Shown here: positions 7,815 to 17,967 of the stretch, piece by piece | Layout: the number at the start of each line of letters is the position of its first letter | Numbering within the stretch: the stretch's first letter is position 1 | Source of the DNA: Actinomycetota bacterium | GTDB lineage: Bacteria; Actinomycetota; Acidimicrobiia; IMCC26256; VFJJ01 | DNA length: 64,000 bases | Assembly (NCBI GenBank): GCA_009886115.1 | Contig: VFJJ01000111.1 | Location: 1-64,000, forward strand | Direction of reading: 5' to 3' | Position numbers and translations under genes: made by a program | Notes under the pieces: model-generated | What the model saw: the letters and a program-made list of their open reading frames with translations, nothing else | Told to the model about the DNA's origin: nothing | The model's database searches: none

Positions 7815-9989
7815 CTACACCGGCGGATGTTCGACGGGCGCGGCGGCGCCGCCCTCGCGCTCGACCGTGGCCCGTCGAGGCTCGACCACGATCTCCAGGC
7901 TTTCGGGGCATTCGAGGATGCGCAGGTCGCGACCGTCGACCTCGATGGTCACGTGCCCGTCGAGCAGGGGGACGTGCGCCACCCGTACGGTGCCGATCCA
8001 GTCGGGGACGGCCGGGGCCAGGTGCAGCCGGGCGTTGCGGATGTCGGGCTCGAACCGCAACAGCGTGCGCAGGAGCAGGAGGGGCGCGGCGGCGGCCCAG
8101 GCCCGCGGCGAGCACGAGGCCGGGTAGGCGACGGGGAACGACATCTCGGAACGTGAGAAGCCGGCGTGCAGCTCGGGCATGCGATTGCCGAAGTGGGCAG
8201 CAGCCGCGAGCATCCCCGCGACGAGCGTGTGGGCTTCCTCGACGAAGCCGTAGCGCATGAGCCCGGCTGCGGCGATGGCACTGTCGTGGGGCCAGACCCC
8301 ACCCAGGTGGGCGCTCACCGGGTTGTAGCCGTGCACCGACTGCGCCAGGGTCCGAACGCCCCATCCGCCGAAGAGCTCCGGACCCAGCAGAGCCCGGGCG
8401 ACGGCCGGGGCCTTGTCGACGTCGACGATGCCGGTCCAGAGGCAGTGGCCCATGTTCGACGCCAACCCGTCGACGGGCCGCTTGTCGCCGTCGAGGGCCA
8501 TGGCGAAGTACCCGCGCTCGGGAAGCCAGAAGTCGGCGTTGAACGCTTCCTTGAGCGCCAGCCCCTGCTTGCGCAGCCGTTCGGCCAAGGCCCCGTCACC
8601 CGCTTCGGTGGCGCAGTGGGCCCGGGCCACGAGCGCTCCGTAGGTGTAGGCCTGAACCTCGCACAGGGCGATCGGGCCCCGGGCGATCTCGCCGTTCGCG
8701 AACCGGATGGCGCTGGGCGTGTCCTTCCAGCCCTGGTGCAGCGCGCCCCGGTCGGTTGCGCGCTGGTACTCGACGTAGCCGTCGTTGTCGCGATCACCGA
8801 ACTCGTCGATCCACCGCAGGGCCTTGTCGGCCGCGGGGAGCAGACCGTCGACGTCGAACCGGCGGGTCCCCCAGCGCGCCAGCTCGCCCAGCACCATCAC
8901 GAACAGCGGTGTGGAGTCGGCTGCGGCGTACGAGACCCGTCCTCCGGCGAGAGAGAGACCCGCGGTCTCGCCGAATCGGGTCTGGGCGAGGATCCGGCCG
9001 GGCTCCTCCTCGGTGAGCAGGTTCACCTCCCGCCCCTGGAAGCGGGCGAGCGTCTGCAGCGTGCCCAGCGCAAGGTCGGGATCGAACATCATCGTCATCC
9101 ACGACGTGAGCAGTGCATCGCGGGCCGAGAGGTGCATGAACCAGGGCGCGCCGGCGGCGAGCACGGCTCGCTCGGGGTACTCGGGGTCGACGATCCGGAG
9201 CGCGGCCAGGTCGACGGCCGACTGCTCGATCAGCGCCTGGAAGGTGTCGTGGCCCACAGACACCGCGGGGAGACGCCGCCTCCATTCCTCGAGCCGGGCT
9301 CGCGGCGTGGCCAGGTCGACGGGCTGGCCGCACCGGTACCGGGGCTCGATCGGCTCGCCGTCGATCACCGGGGTCACCTGGATGCACAGCGACCACTCGC
9401 CCCGTGCCGGGACGATCACCTCCCACGACGCGATGCGGCCGTCGAAACGGGGGGCCACGGAGAAGTCGATCCACACCTCGCGGCTGTGCGCGCCGCGCCG
9501 GAACTGGAACGCCATCCGTGCGTGGTCGGCGCGGAACGTGACCGCGGCCGCGCGGGCCGGGTCGACCCGGAGGTCGCGGGCGTCGAAGACCGGAGCGAAG
9601 TCGGCGTCGACCTCGAGCTCGACGTGGCTGAACGCGGGCTCCTCGCCGTAGTTGCGCAGCACCAGGTCGTCGCGCATGCCCCGTCCGACATGGCGCTCGC
9701 GCTGCACGACGACGTGAGCGTCGGGCGGGGGTGAGCCCGAGCCGACCATCGACGCCTGGTCGCGCAGCACGAACGTCGCGCTGAACGGATCCTCGCCGTG
9801 GACGGCCAGCGCCTCGGGGGCATGGCCGTTCACACCGAGCATCAGGTGCGACAGGAACCGGGTGTCGCGGAAGTAGAGACCCTCCGGCGAGTTGGCGTGC
9901 ATGTCGCCGCTGCGTGTGGAGATGGCGAACGCCGATCCCTCGACGAGCGTCACACGGCGGGCGGCTTCGAGGATCGGCGATTCCGGCAC
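7815..9989 (-). CDS. Amylo-alpha-1,6-glucosidase / glycogen debranching family protein
   Basis: GLYFRDTRFLS, EEEPGRI, QGWKD, VWPHD motifs; TAGCGT 7 nt before GTG 9989. Confidence 0.88.
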   Translation of the reverse strand: MPESPILEAARRVTLVEGSAFAISTRSGDMHANSPEGLYFRDTRFLSHLMLGVNGHAPEALAVHGEDPFSATFVLRDQASMVGSGSPPPDAHVVVQRERHVGRGMRDDLVLRNYGEEPAFSHVELEVDADFAPVFDARDLRVDPARAAAVTFRADHARMAFQFRRGAHSREVWIDFSVAPRFDGRIASWEVIVPARGEWSLCIQVTPVIDGEPIEPRYRCGQPVDLATPRARLEEWRRRLPAVSVGHDTFQALIEQSAVDLAALRIVDPEYPERAVLAAGAPWFMHLSARDALLTSWMTMMFDPDLALGTLQTLARFQGREVNLLTEEEPGRILAQTRFGETAGLSLAGGRVSYAAADSTPLFVMVLGELARWGTRRFDVDGLLPAADKALRWIDEFGDRDNDGYVEYQRATDRGALHQGWKDTPSAIRFANGEIARGPIALCEVQAYTYGALVARAHCATEAGDGALAERLRKQGLALKEAFNADFWLPERGYFAMALDGDKRPVDGLASNMGHCLWTGIVDVDKAPAVARALLGPELFGGWGVRTLAQSVHGYNPVSAHLGGVWPHDSAIAAAGLMRYGFVEEAHTLVAGMLAAAAHFGNRMPELHAGFSRSEMSFPVAYPASCSPRAWAAAAPLLLLRTLLRFEPDIRNARLHLAPAVPDWIGTVRVAHVPLLDGHVTIEVDGRDLRILECPESLEIVVEPRRATVEREGGAAAPVEHPPV

Positions 9990-10145
9990 GCCTCGAACGC
10001 TAACGGGTGCGGGACCCGCGCATGGTCGCGACCCGATGGTGGCGGGGAGGCCCGGCCGATACGGTGCGGCTCTGGTCGGAACGCTCACCCGGGCAACGAG
10101 CAACGAGCAACGGGGGATGGGGATGGGGATGGGGATGGCACCAGG

Positions 10146-12308
10146 GTGAACGCAGGCAACGGGGTGCCCCGACCGCGATCGGGCATCGGCGAGACACTGC
10201 ATCTCGGCGTCGACGTCGGTGGGACGTTCACCGATGTCGTCGTCGTCGACGTGGCGGCCGCGGCGGGACCTCTCGATGCCGTGCGGGGCAAGGTCCCCTC
10301 GACGCCCCGTGATCCGGCCGAGGGGGTCGTGGCCGCGTGTCGTCTGGCCGCCGAGACGATGGGGCTCGAGCTCCGCGGGCTCCTGGGGCGGCTGCGCCGG
10401 TTCGGGCTGGGCACGACGGTCGTCACCAACGTGCTCGCCACGCACACCGGACGCCGCCTCGGCCTCATCACCACCCGGGGCTTCGAGGACCTCGTGCCCC
10501 TCGCCCGGGGCAACCGGGTCAGCGTCGACGGATGGCTGGAGCCGCCGCCGGCGCTGGTGGAGCGCACGGCCATCATCGGCCTCGACGAGCGCACCGACCG
10601 GTCGGGACGAGTGTTGCGTCCGGTCGACGTCGACGACGCCCGGGCCGCGGCCGAGCGCCTGCTGTCGGGCAGCGGCGTCCAGGCTCTCGTGGTCTCGCTG
10701 CTGTGGTCGTTCCGCAACCCCGCCAACGAGATCGCCGTCCGAGACATCCTGGCCAAGGAGTTTCCCGACGTTCGGGTGGTCATCGGCTCCGAGGTGGCGC
10801 CGGTCATCCGGGAGTACGAGCGAACCCAGTTCGCGCTCCTCAACGCGTACTGCGGAGGCGCACTCGACTGGCTCGGTCCGCTCACAGAGAACCTCGCCGC
10901 GAACGGGCTGCGCGCCCCGCTGATGCTCACCCATTCCTCCGGTGGTGCGACGACCGTCGACGGGGCCCGTGCGGTCCCCATCGGGCTGGCCATGTCGGGC
11001 CCGGCCGCCGGAGCAGCTGCGGCGACCGCCCTCGTCAGGGCCCGGGGCGACCTCGACGTCGTCGCCTGCGATCTCGGCGGGACCTCGCTCGACGTGGCGC
11101 TCATCTCCGATGGCGAGGTGCTGCGCCGCACCCGGGGAAACGTCGTCGGCCACTGGACGTCGCTGTCGATGGTCGACGTCGACTCCGTCGGCTCGGGAGG
11201 AGGCTCGGTCGCCTACGCCGACGCGCTGGGTGCGATCAGGGTCGGGCCGCGCTCCGCGGGAGCCGATCCCGGCCCGGCGTGTTACGACCGTGGAGGGTCG
11301 GAGCCGACCCTCACCGACGCGTTGGTCACCCTCGGCTACATCCGCCCCGATCGCTTCCTCGATGGACGGATGCCGTTGCGAGCCGATCTCGCCGAGACCG
11401 CCTGCCGAACGCTCGGCGAGGCCGTGGGGCTCGACCCGTGGGAGACCGCCTGGGGGATCCGGGAGGTCGCGCTGGCGACCATGGCCCGCGCCGTCCGAGC
11501 CCGGATCGCTAGTCGGGGCTTGGTGGCATCGGATCTGACGTTGCTCGCGTACGGGGGCGGCGGCGGGCTCTTCGCCGCCGGTATCGCCGGCGAGGTGGGG
11601 ATCCGCCGGGTCGTGGTCCCGCTGCTGGCGTCGGTGTTCTCGGCGTACGGCGCGGCGACGGCTCCGCTGCATCGCGAGCGGTCCCAGTCGCTGGCGCTAC
11701 GCCTGCCTGCCGGCCCCGAGGAGCTGACCCCGACCGTGGCCGCCTTGCGCGACGCGGTCGGTGCCGACCTCGATGCCGACGGGGTCGCGCCGGGAGACCG
11801 CACGATCCGCCTCGAGGCCGACATCCGCTTCGAACGTCAAGGGGCGGAGCTCACGATCCCCATCCCGGGCGCGACCACGGTTCCGCCCGACGCCGCGCCG
11901 CTCGTGATCGACACCGACGATCTCATCGAGCGCTTCCGGGCCGAGTACGGACGCCGCTTCGGCGAGGGGGCACTGGCCACGGGGGTCATCGTCGAGCTGA
12001 TGACCCTCCGGGCCATCGGGACCACGATCCGAGACGAGGCCCCGGCCGTCGAACCACGCACCACCGCCGCTGCGTCCTCGCCCACGACCGAATCTCCGGC
12101 ACCCATCGGCATCCGAGCGATCCGGCTCGACCGGACCGGCCCTCCCGCGCCCGTACCCGAGCTGCGCACCGCCGACCTGGCGCCCGGGATGGCCGTCGCC
12201 GGTCCGACGGTGATCGACGCAGGCGACACGACGGTCTGGATTCCACCCGACGCCACGGCGTCCGTCGACCGCACCGGCTCCCTCGTGATCGAGCTGGGAG
12301 CTTCATGA
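10146..12308 (+). CDS. hyuA: Hydantoinase A / oxoprolinase ATP-binding subunit
   Basis: GVDVGGTFTD, SGPAAGA, DLGGTSLD, GPRSAGADPGPACY. Confidence 0.92.
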   Translation: MNAGNGVPRPRSGIGETLHLGVDVGGTFTDVVVVDVAAAAGPLDAVRGKVPSTPRDPAEGVVAACRLAAETMGLELRGLLGRLRRFGLGTTVVTNVLATHTGRRLGLITTRGFEDLVPLARGNRVSVDGWLEPPPALVERTAIIGLDERTDRSGRVLRPVDVDDARAAAERLLSGSGVQALVVSLLWSFRNPANEIAVRDILAKEFPDVRVVIGSEVAPVIREYERTQFALLNAYCGGALDWLGPLTENLAANGLRAPLMLTHSSGGATTVDGARAVPIGLAMSGPAAGAAAATALVRARGDLDVVACDLGGTSLDVALISDGEVLRRTRGNVVGHWTSLSMVDVDSVGSGGGSVAYADALGAIRVGPRSAGADPGPACYDRGGSEPTLTDALVTLGYIRPDRFLDGRMPLRADLAETACRTLGEAVGLDPWETAWGIREVALATMARAVRARIASRGLVASDLTLLAYGGGGGLFAAGIAGEVGIRRVVVPLLASVFSAYGAATAPLHRERSQSLALRLPAGPEELTPTVAALRDAVGADLDADGVAPGDRTIRLEADIRFERQGAELTIPIPGATTVPPDAAPLVIDTDDLIERFRAEYGRRFGEGALATGVIVELMTLRAIGTTIRDEAPAVEPRTTAAASSPTTESPAPIGIRAIRLDRTGPPAPVPELRTADLAPGMAVAGPTVIDAGDTTVWIPPDATASVDRTGSLVIELGAS

Positions 12309-12420
12309 TCCCCCGCCGTGCGTTCACGGGTGCTCGGTCGGCCCGCCCGCGCGAGCCGACCCGACCGCGACGAGCGGCGGGCGCGGCGGGCTTCGCAGTC
12401 ACAACCAGGAGTTGTCAGCC

Positions 12421-14583
12421 ATGACCGATCGAGCCGACCCGATCCTCCTCGAGGTCATGCGCAGCCGGCTCCAGGCCGTGGTCGACGAGGGGGCGCTGGC
12501 CATCGAGCGGACGGCCGTCAGCCCGATCGTCGCCGAGGGCAAGGACTTCTCGACCAACATCCTCGACCCCGCCGCCGGGGTGCTCGTCGGCGGCGGCAAG
12601 GTCGAGTTCAAGTGGGCGGTGGCCCGCAACATCGTGCTGGCCACGATGTCGCGATACGGCGCCACGATCGCCCCCGGCGACGTCTTCGCCGGCAACGACC
12701 CGCATTGCGGCGGCGGGAACCATCCCCAGGACATCGAGGTGTGCCGACCCGTCTTCGTCGACGGCGAGCTCGTCGGCTGGATCGCCGCGTCGGCTCACCT
12801 CATCGACGTCGGCGGGATGCTGTTCGGCTCGTGGGCTCCCGATGCGACCGAGTGCTTCCAGGAGGCGGTGCGCCTCCCGCCGGTACGGCTCTTCGCCGGC
12901 GGGGTCGAGCAGCGTGACATCTGGGACCTGTTCCTCAACAACGTGCGGCTCCCCCGGCTCGTCGAGATGGACGTCCGGGGCCTGGTCGCCGGCTGCCACG
13001 TGTCGGCCGCCAAGCTCGAGGCGCTCGTCCGCTCGATGGGCCGCGACGAGTTCGTGGCGACGGCGGCGGCCATGTGCGACAACACCGAGCGGGTGCTCCG
13101 CAGCCGCATCGCCGCGCTGGCCGACGGGCACTATCACGTCGACGGCTGGGCCGAGTGGGGTCCCGAGCAGTATCTGCTCCCGTGCTCGTTGACGGTCGCC
13201 GGCGACGAGCTGCGATTCGACTTCACCGGCGCGCCGCCGCAGGTGCCGCACTTCATCAACTCCAAGCACTACATCATCTCGGGCCAGATCGTCTCCGACG
13301 TCCGCAACCTCATCGGTCAGGATCTTCCGTACTGCGATGGCTTGTTCCGTCCGATCGAGGTGATCTGCCCGCGGGGGACGATCGTCGACTCCACTCCCCC
13401 GGCACCGATCGCCTCGGCCCATCTCGACGTGGCCATGAACTGCACGGCACTGGCCACCCAGTGCATCCAGCTCGCGCTCGCCGCGAGCGACGACCCGGCG
13501 TTGCCGAGGCTGCTGTCGGGCCCGTCCGGCCAGGCGGCCTTGGCGAACCACTCGTGGTCGTACCGGACCGAGCACGGGGGGATCGACGGCTTCGTGCTCA
13601 GCGAGGCGTTTCAGCCGGGCTCGTCGGCTGGCGTCGACCACGACGGCACCGACCTGTTCGCCAACATCGTCGGCACGCAGAGCGTCCTCGATTTCGTCGA
13701 CATCGAGATCATCGAAGCCTGGTATCCCTTGGAGATCCTCGAGAAGCGGGCCGACCCCGGAACCCACGGCGCCGGCGAGTTCCGCTCGGGCTCGGGATGC
13801 CGCATGTCGTACCGGGTCCAGGACGGCTACCAGCTCGGCGGGGCCATGTTCGGGATGCGCGAGGTGATCCCGATCGGCGGCCTGGCCGGCGGGTACCCCG
13901 GGGCCCCGACCGAGTTCTCCATCCATCGTCGCGACGGCTCGACCGACGTCCTCTCCGCGCACGCCAGCGGCGCGACGCTCGAACCCGGAGAGGTCTTCGA
14001 GTTCCGAGCCGGCTCGGGCGGCGGCTGGGGCGACCCGTTGCATCGCCGCCCCGACCTGGTCGCTCGCGACGTGACCGTCAGCCGCATCACCGCCACCGAG
14101 GCGGCGTCGGTGTACGGCGTCGTCGTTGACGGCGGCCGCTCCACCAACGGTGACGGTGCCAGCGGCCGTCGCGGTGAGGGAGCCGTCGAGGTCGACGAGG
14201 CCGCCACGGTCGCGCTCCGGAACGTGATTCGACGGGAGCGCCTGGATCGTGCCGTACCCCCCGTGCGGATCCCAGCGCGTGCAGAATCGGCGACGGCCAC
14301 CGGCACCGTGCCGGCACCCCTGTATCACGGGGTCGTCCAGCAGGGGCGGCATGCGATCTCGCTGTCGTCGGGCGCCGTGCTCGCCACCGCCCCCGACCAC
14401 TGGACCGACGGCTGCGCGGTGCTCGAGGAGCCACGGTCGTCGGCGAGCGGCATCCCCTGGCTCCAACGGGTCTACCTCGACCCGGTCGATGCCACCGTGC
14501 TCTTCGTCGAAGCGGTCCCTGTCGAGCGCCCCCGGTCGTTCACGACCCTCCCGACCCGCTGGACCGACGCGGCGCCCCGGTGA
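12421..14583 (+). CDS. hyuB: Hydantoinase B / oxoprolinase subunit with C-terminal extension
   Basis: NDPHCGGGNHPQD, AHLIDVGG, GGGWGDP; AGGAG SD. Confidence 0.9.
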   Translation: MTDRADPILLEVMRSRLQAVVDEGALAIERTAVSPIVAEGKDFSTNILDPAAGVLVGGGKVEFKWAVARNIVLATMSRYGATIAPGDVFAGNDPHCGGGNHPQDIEVCRPVFVDGELVGWIAASAHLIDVGGMLFGSWAPDATECFQEAVRLPPVRLFAGGVEQRDIWDLFLNNVRLPRLVEMDVRGLVAGCHVSAAKLEALVRSMGRDEFVATAAAMCDNTERVLRSRIAALADGHYHVDGWAEWGPEQYLLPCSLTVAGDELRFDFTGAPPQVPHFINSKHYIISGQIVSDVRNLIGQDLPYCDGLFRPIEVICPRGTIVDSTPPAPIASAHLDVAMNCTALATQCIQLALAASDDPALPRLLSGPSGQAALANHSWSYRTEHGGIDGFVLSEAFQPGSSAGVDHDGTDLFANIVGTQSVLDFVDIEIIEAWYPLEILEKRADPGTHGAGEFRSGSGCRMSYRVQDGYQLGGAMFGMREVIPIGGLAGGYPGAPTEFSIHRRDGSTDVLSAHASGATLEPGEVFEFRAGSGGGWGDPLHRRPDLVARDVTVSRITATEAASVYGVVVDGGRSTNGDGASGRRGEGAVEVDEAATVALRNVIRRERLDRAVPPVRIPARAESATATGTVPAPLYHGVVQQGRHAISLSSGAVLATAPDHWTDGCAVLEEPRSSASGIPWLQRVYLDPVDATVLFVEAVPVERPRSFTTLPTRWTDAAPR

Positions 14584-14609
14584 ACGCTGCCCGCGGCGCT
14601 CTGCGCGAT

Positions 14610-14653
14610 CAGCGACCAGCGACCAGCGACCAGCGACCAGCGACCAGCGACCA
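14610..14653. repeat. 7-bp tandem repeat (CAGCGAC) x about 6
   Basis: Directly visible in the intergenic gap. Confidence 0.9.
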
Positions 14654-14658
14654 ATCAC

Positions 14659-15294
14659 ATGACCGTCGATCTCGACGAGCTCGCCGAACGAACCGTGACC
14701 ACCACCCACGCTCGTCCACCGACGATGGACTGGGTGCGGACTCGGGCCCGCCAGCGTCGTCGCCGCCATCTCGTCTGGCTCACCGTTGCCGTCACCCCGG
14801 TGCTGGTGCTGGCCGGGCTCGGCAGCTGGCTCACCCTCCACGACAACCCAGCCTCGGAGATCATCACCGTTGGAGATCCCGAAGGAGCTGGCGACTCGCT
14901 CGTGCCGACGACCAACCCGGTCGACGACTCGGTCAGCGAGCCAGTGACCGTGAGCTCAGCCACCATCGAGGCTTCAGCGCCCCAGCCGAGCGACCCCCCT
15001 GGCGAGCAGCCGACGGTAACTGCCCCTGGTTTCCCGCTGCAACGCCCTGGAGTGGGCATGTCTTGCCCGACCGCCGATGGCGACGGCCTCAGCACCTCCT
15101 CGGTCACCGTCGCCGCCGGCGGAACGCAGGTCCTGTTTGCAATCGTGCTCGGAGCTGACGTCAGCGCCACGAGACAGACGATCGAGCTCGACGCCGGTGG
15201 GCTGCGGATCAGCGGCTGGTCCGGGACAGCGCTCGTCGACCCCGTGACGCTGGAGCTCGTCGAGGTGACCGAGATCCCCCCTGGGGAGGCGTGA
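14659..15294 (+). CDS. Hypothetical single-pass membrane protein
   Basis: Arg-rich RARQRRRRH then a TM helix and a Pro/Thr-rich external region. Confidence 0.6.
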   Translation: MTVDLDELAERTVTTTHARPPTMDWVRTRARQRRRRHLVWLTVAVTPVLVLAGLGSWLTLHDNPASEIITVGDPEGAGDSLVPTTNPVDDSVSEPVTVSSATIEASAPQPSDPPGEQPTVTAPGFPLQRPGVGMSCPTADGDGLSTSSVTVAAGGTQVLFAIVLGADVSATRQTIELDAGGLRISGWSGTALVDPVTLELVEVTEIPPGEA

Positions 15295-15430
15295 TCCGAG
15301 ACGTCATGGACTCTCCGCCTGGTCCACACGGTCCACCTGTCCACCCGGTCCCCCCGGATCCTGTGCATCTCCAGCGTGATCCGATCGTCTTCCTTCGCAC
15401 GAACGGAGCACGGCTGGTACGTTCGCTCGG

Positions 15431-15883
15431 ATGACGGATGCCGAGTTCCTCGGAGCGGCAATCGAGCAGGCACGGATGGGACTCGCCGAGGGCGGGATCC
15501 CGATCGGCGCGGCTCTCGTGGTCGACGGGCAGGTCATCGGCGCCGGCCGCAACCGTCGGGTGCAGGACGGCAGCTCGATACACCACGGCGAGACCAACGC
15601 GCTCGAGCTCGCCGGTCGCCAGCCGGCCTCGGTCTACGCACGAGCGACGATGTACACGACCTTGTCGCCGTGCCACATGTGCGCCGGCGCCGTCTTGCTG
15701 TACGGCATCCCGCGGGTGGTCGTCGGCGAGAACCGCTCGTTCATGGGAGCCGAGGATCTTCTCCGCAGCCACGGCGTCGAGGTGCTCGTGCTCGACGAGC
15801 CGGAGTGCGTTCAGATGATGGAGGACTTCATGGCCGCCAACCCGTCGCTGTGGAACGAGGACATCGGACAACCCGATGCCTGA
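15431..15883 (+). CDS. Cytosine/creatinine-type nucleobase deaminase (CDA fold)
   Basis: HGE and PCHMC zinc motifs, C-terminal WNEDIG as in fungal-type cytosine deaminase. Confidence 0.9.
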   Translation: MTDAEFLGAAIEQARMGLAEGGIPIGAALVVDGQVIGAGRNRRVQDGSSIHHGETNALELAGRQPASVYARATMYTTLSPCHMCAGAVLLYGIPRVVVGENRSFMGAEDLLRSHGVEVLVLDEPECVQMMEDFMAANPSLWNEDIGQPDA

Positions 15884-15934
15884 GACCGGTCGTTCCACGT
15901 CACGCGGTGTTCACATCGACGTGATCCGCACGTC

Positions 15935-16975
15935 ATGAGCCCGACGGACGCTCGCGCCGTGGCCGCAGGATTGACCAACACCCATCCGGCCTTGCGATCG
16001 TTCTGGCATCCGGTCGCTCTCGAATCCGACGTCCCAGACGGCGCACCACTCGCCGTGCGGTTGTTGGGAGAGCGGTGGATGCTCGCGCGTCTCGGCTCCG
16101 AGCTCGTTGCGATGCGCGACCGTTGCCCACACCGGATGGCGCCGATCAGCGCCGGGAAGATCGTCGACGACACGATCGAATGCCCCTACCACGGATATCG
16201 ATTCGGCGCCGACGGCCGGGCGGTGCTCATCCCGGCGCTCGATTCCGCGGTGCCGATCCCGCCCAAGGCCTGCGTCGACACCGCGCACGTGACCACCCGC
16301 TTCGGAATGGTGTGGGTGTGCCTGGCCGACGTGCCGCTCGACGGGCTGCTCGACGACGCCGGCTACGTCGATCCGATCAACGACCTCTTCGTAGCCGGCC
16401 CGTACACGACCCGTGTGAGTGCCGGCACCCTCACCGACAACTTCCTCGACGCGGCCCACTTCCCGTTCCTCCACGCGGGCACCTTCGGAGCCAGTGACGA
16501 CGGCAAGCCCGTGCTCGTCGTCGAACGCCATGGTTGGCGCGTCTCCCAGACCGGCATGCAGAAGGTCGACGGCGCCCACCTCGAGGCCGCGGCGGCGACG
16601 AACGGCGTGTACACGGTCGCAGCGCCGTTCGTCGTCGAGCTTCGGCTCGACCGCCCGGGCGCTTCCGACTTCATCTGGTCGTTCGTCTGCCCCGCCGACG
16701 ACGACACCTCGGTGTGGTGGATGGTGCACGCCTACCCCCTGGGAGGCGACGCCGAGCAGATCGCGGGTGCGTGCGCGCTGCAGATCCAGGTGGGGGAGGA
16801 GGACCTCTGGCTCCTCGAGCAGATCGAGGACCCCACGTTGCCGCTCGACGTCCGCTCCGAGGTGCACACCAAGGCCGACGCGGGTTGTCTCGAATACCGC
16901 CGGATGATGATCGACCTCGCAGCGACATGGCCGGGCTCGACCCCGCCGGTCGCACGGATCCCGTGGGGGAGCTGA
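15935..16975 (+). CDS. Rieske non-heme iron oxygenase (VanA/NdmA-like demethylase type)
   Basis: CPH...CPYHG Rieske motif; NFLDAAHFPFLH mononuclear iron motif. Confidence 0.9.
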   Translation: MSPTDARAVAAGLTNTHPALRSFWHPVALESDVPDGAPLAVRLLGERWMLARLGSELVAMRDRCPHRMAPISAGKIVDDTIECPYHGYRFGADGRAVLIPALDSAVPIPPKACVDTAHVTTRFGMVWVCLADVPLDGLLDDAGYVDPINDLFVAGPYTTRVSAGTLTDNFLDAAHFPFLHAGTFGASDDGKPVLVVERHGWRVSQTGMQKVDGAHLEAAAATNGVYTVAAPFVVELRLDRPGASDFIWSFVCPADDDTSVWWMVHAYPLGGDAEQIAGACALQIQVGEEDLWLLEQIEDPTLPLDVRSEVHTKADAGCLEYRRMMIDLAATWPGSTPPVARIPWGS

Positions 16976-17958
16976 TGGCGACCATCCCGCTCATCGATCT
17001 CGCTCGCTGGTTCGACGGGACGCCCGCCGAGCGGCTGGCCCTTGCCGCAGATGTCGACGCCCACCTCCAACGGCTCGGGTTTCTCATCGTCGTCAACCAC
17101 CGACTGCCGCGGGCGGTGATCGACGAATGCCGCGATCAGGCACGGCAGTTCTTCCACCAGCCGGCCGAGGTGAAGGCCGAGGTGGCGATGGTCGCGGACG
17201 CGTACCGCGGCTGGATCGGCTCGGGGCTGGAGTCGAACGCCGCGACCTACGGCGTGCAGACCGCTCCCGATCTGAAGGAAGGGTACGCGTACGGGCCGAT
17301 CGAGGTGCCCGACGAGGCCGTCGTGTCGGCGAGCGGGTCCGACCCGTACGCGTTCCCACCCAACGTGTGGCCGGCCACGCCGCCCGGCTTCCAGGCCGCC
17401 GCCGAGAACTGGTTCCGCGCGGCCTGGGCCCTCAACGACGAGCTGCTCGACATCCTGAGCCTCGCGCTCGGCCTGCCCGAGCGGCATCTGCGCGGGTTGA
17501 GCTCCGAAGGGACCTCGCAGGTGTCGATCAACTGGTACGGGCCGCGTGGCGACGTCGAACCGCTTCCCGACCAGTACCGCGTCGGACCGCACACCGACTT
17601 CGGCATGCTCACCGTGCTCGACCGCGAGCCCGGCCTCGGTGGGTTGCAGGTGCTCGACGAGAACGACGTGTGGATCGACGCGCCGGTGGTTGCCGACGGT
17701 CTGACCATCAACACCGGTGACCTCATCCGACAGTGGAGCAACGACCGCTGGTGCTCGAACGAGCATCGGGTGCTTCCCCCGCCGGCCGAGGATCCGCGGG
17801 AGGAGCTCATCAGCTTGGTGTTCTTCGGCGAGCCCGATTGCGATGCCGTGGTCGAGGCGTTCCCGTCGTGTGTCTCGGCCGACAACCCGGCGAAGTACCC
17901 ACCGGTGCGCTCCCGCGACTACATCATCGCGAAGATGAACGCCCTCGCGGTCGGCTGA
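16975..17958 (+). CDS. 2OG-Fe(II) oxygenase, isopenicillin N synthase family
   Basis: IPLIDL, HTDFG, NTGDLIRQWSND, HRV; ATG overlaps upstream TGA. Confidence 0.9.
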   Translation: MATIPLIDLARWFDGTPAERLALAADVDAHLQRLGFLIVVNHRLPRAVIDECRDQARQFFHQPAEVKAEVAMVADAYRGWIGSGLESNAATYGVQTAPDLKEGYAYGPIEVPDEAVVSASGSDPYAFPPNVWPATPPGFQAAAENWFRAAWALNDELLDILSLALGLPERHLRGLSSEGTSQVSINWYGPRGDVEPLPDQYRVGPHTDFGMLTVLDREPGLGGLQVLDENDVWIDAPVVADGLTINTGDLIRQWSNDRWCSNEHRVLPPPAEDPREELISLVFFGEPDCDAVVEAFPSCVSADNPAKYPPVRSRDYIIAKMNALAVG

Positions 17959-17967
17959 AGACGGCCG

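Noticed and set aside
9990..11672. Apparent 1285-aa fusion protein on the minus strand
   Set aside because: The extension is antisense to hyuA; a leaderless-type start at 9989 explains the true gene.
12415..14841. Long antisense ORFs (808 aa here, also 1984..3564, 8166..9734, 25693..27393 and others)
   Set aside because: Shadow frames of real genes, expected from stop-codon scarcity at high GC; no recognisable motifs.
6560..15915. Identical 16-mer tcacgcggtgttcaca at 6560-6575 and 15900-15915
   Set aside because: A few such matches are plausible by chance in 64 kb of high-GC DNA; the first overlaps coding ends and orientation relative to the genes differs.
16975..17958. Beta-lactam biosynthesis implied by the IPNS-family oxygenase
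   Set aside because: No ACV synthetase or NRPS; the context is nucleobase import and catabolism.
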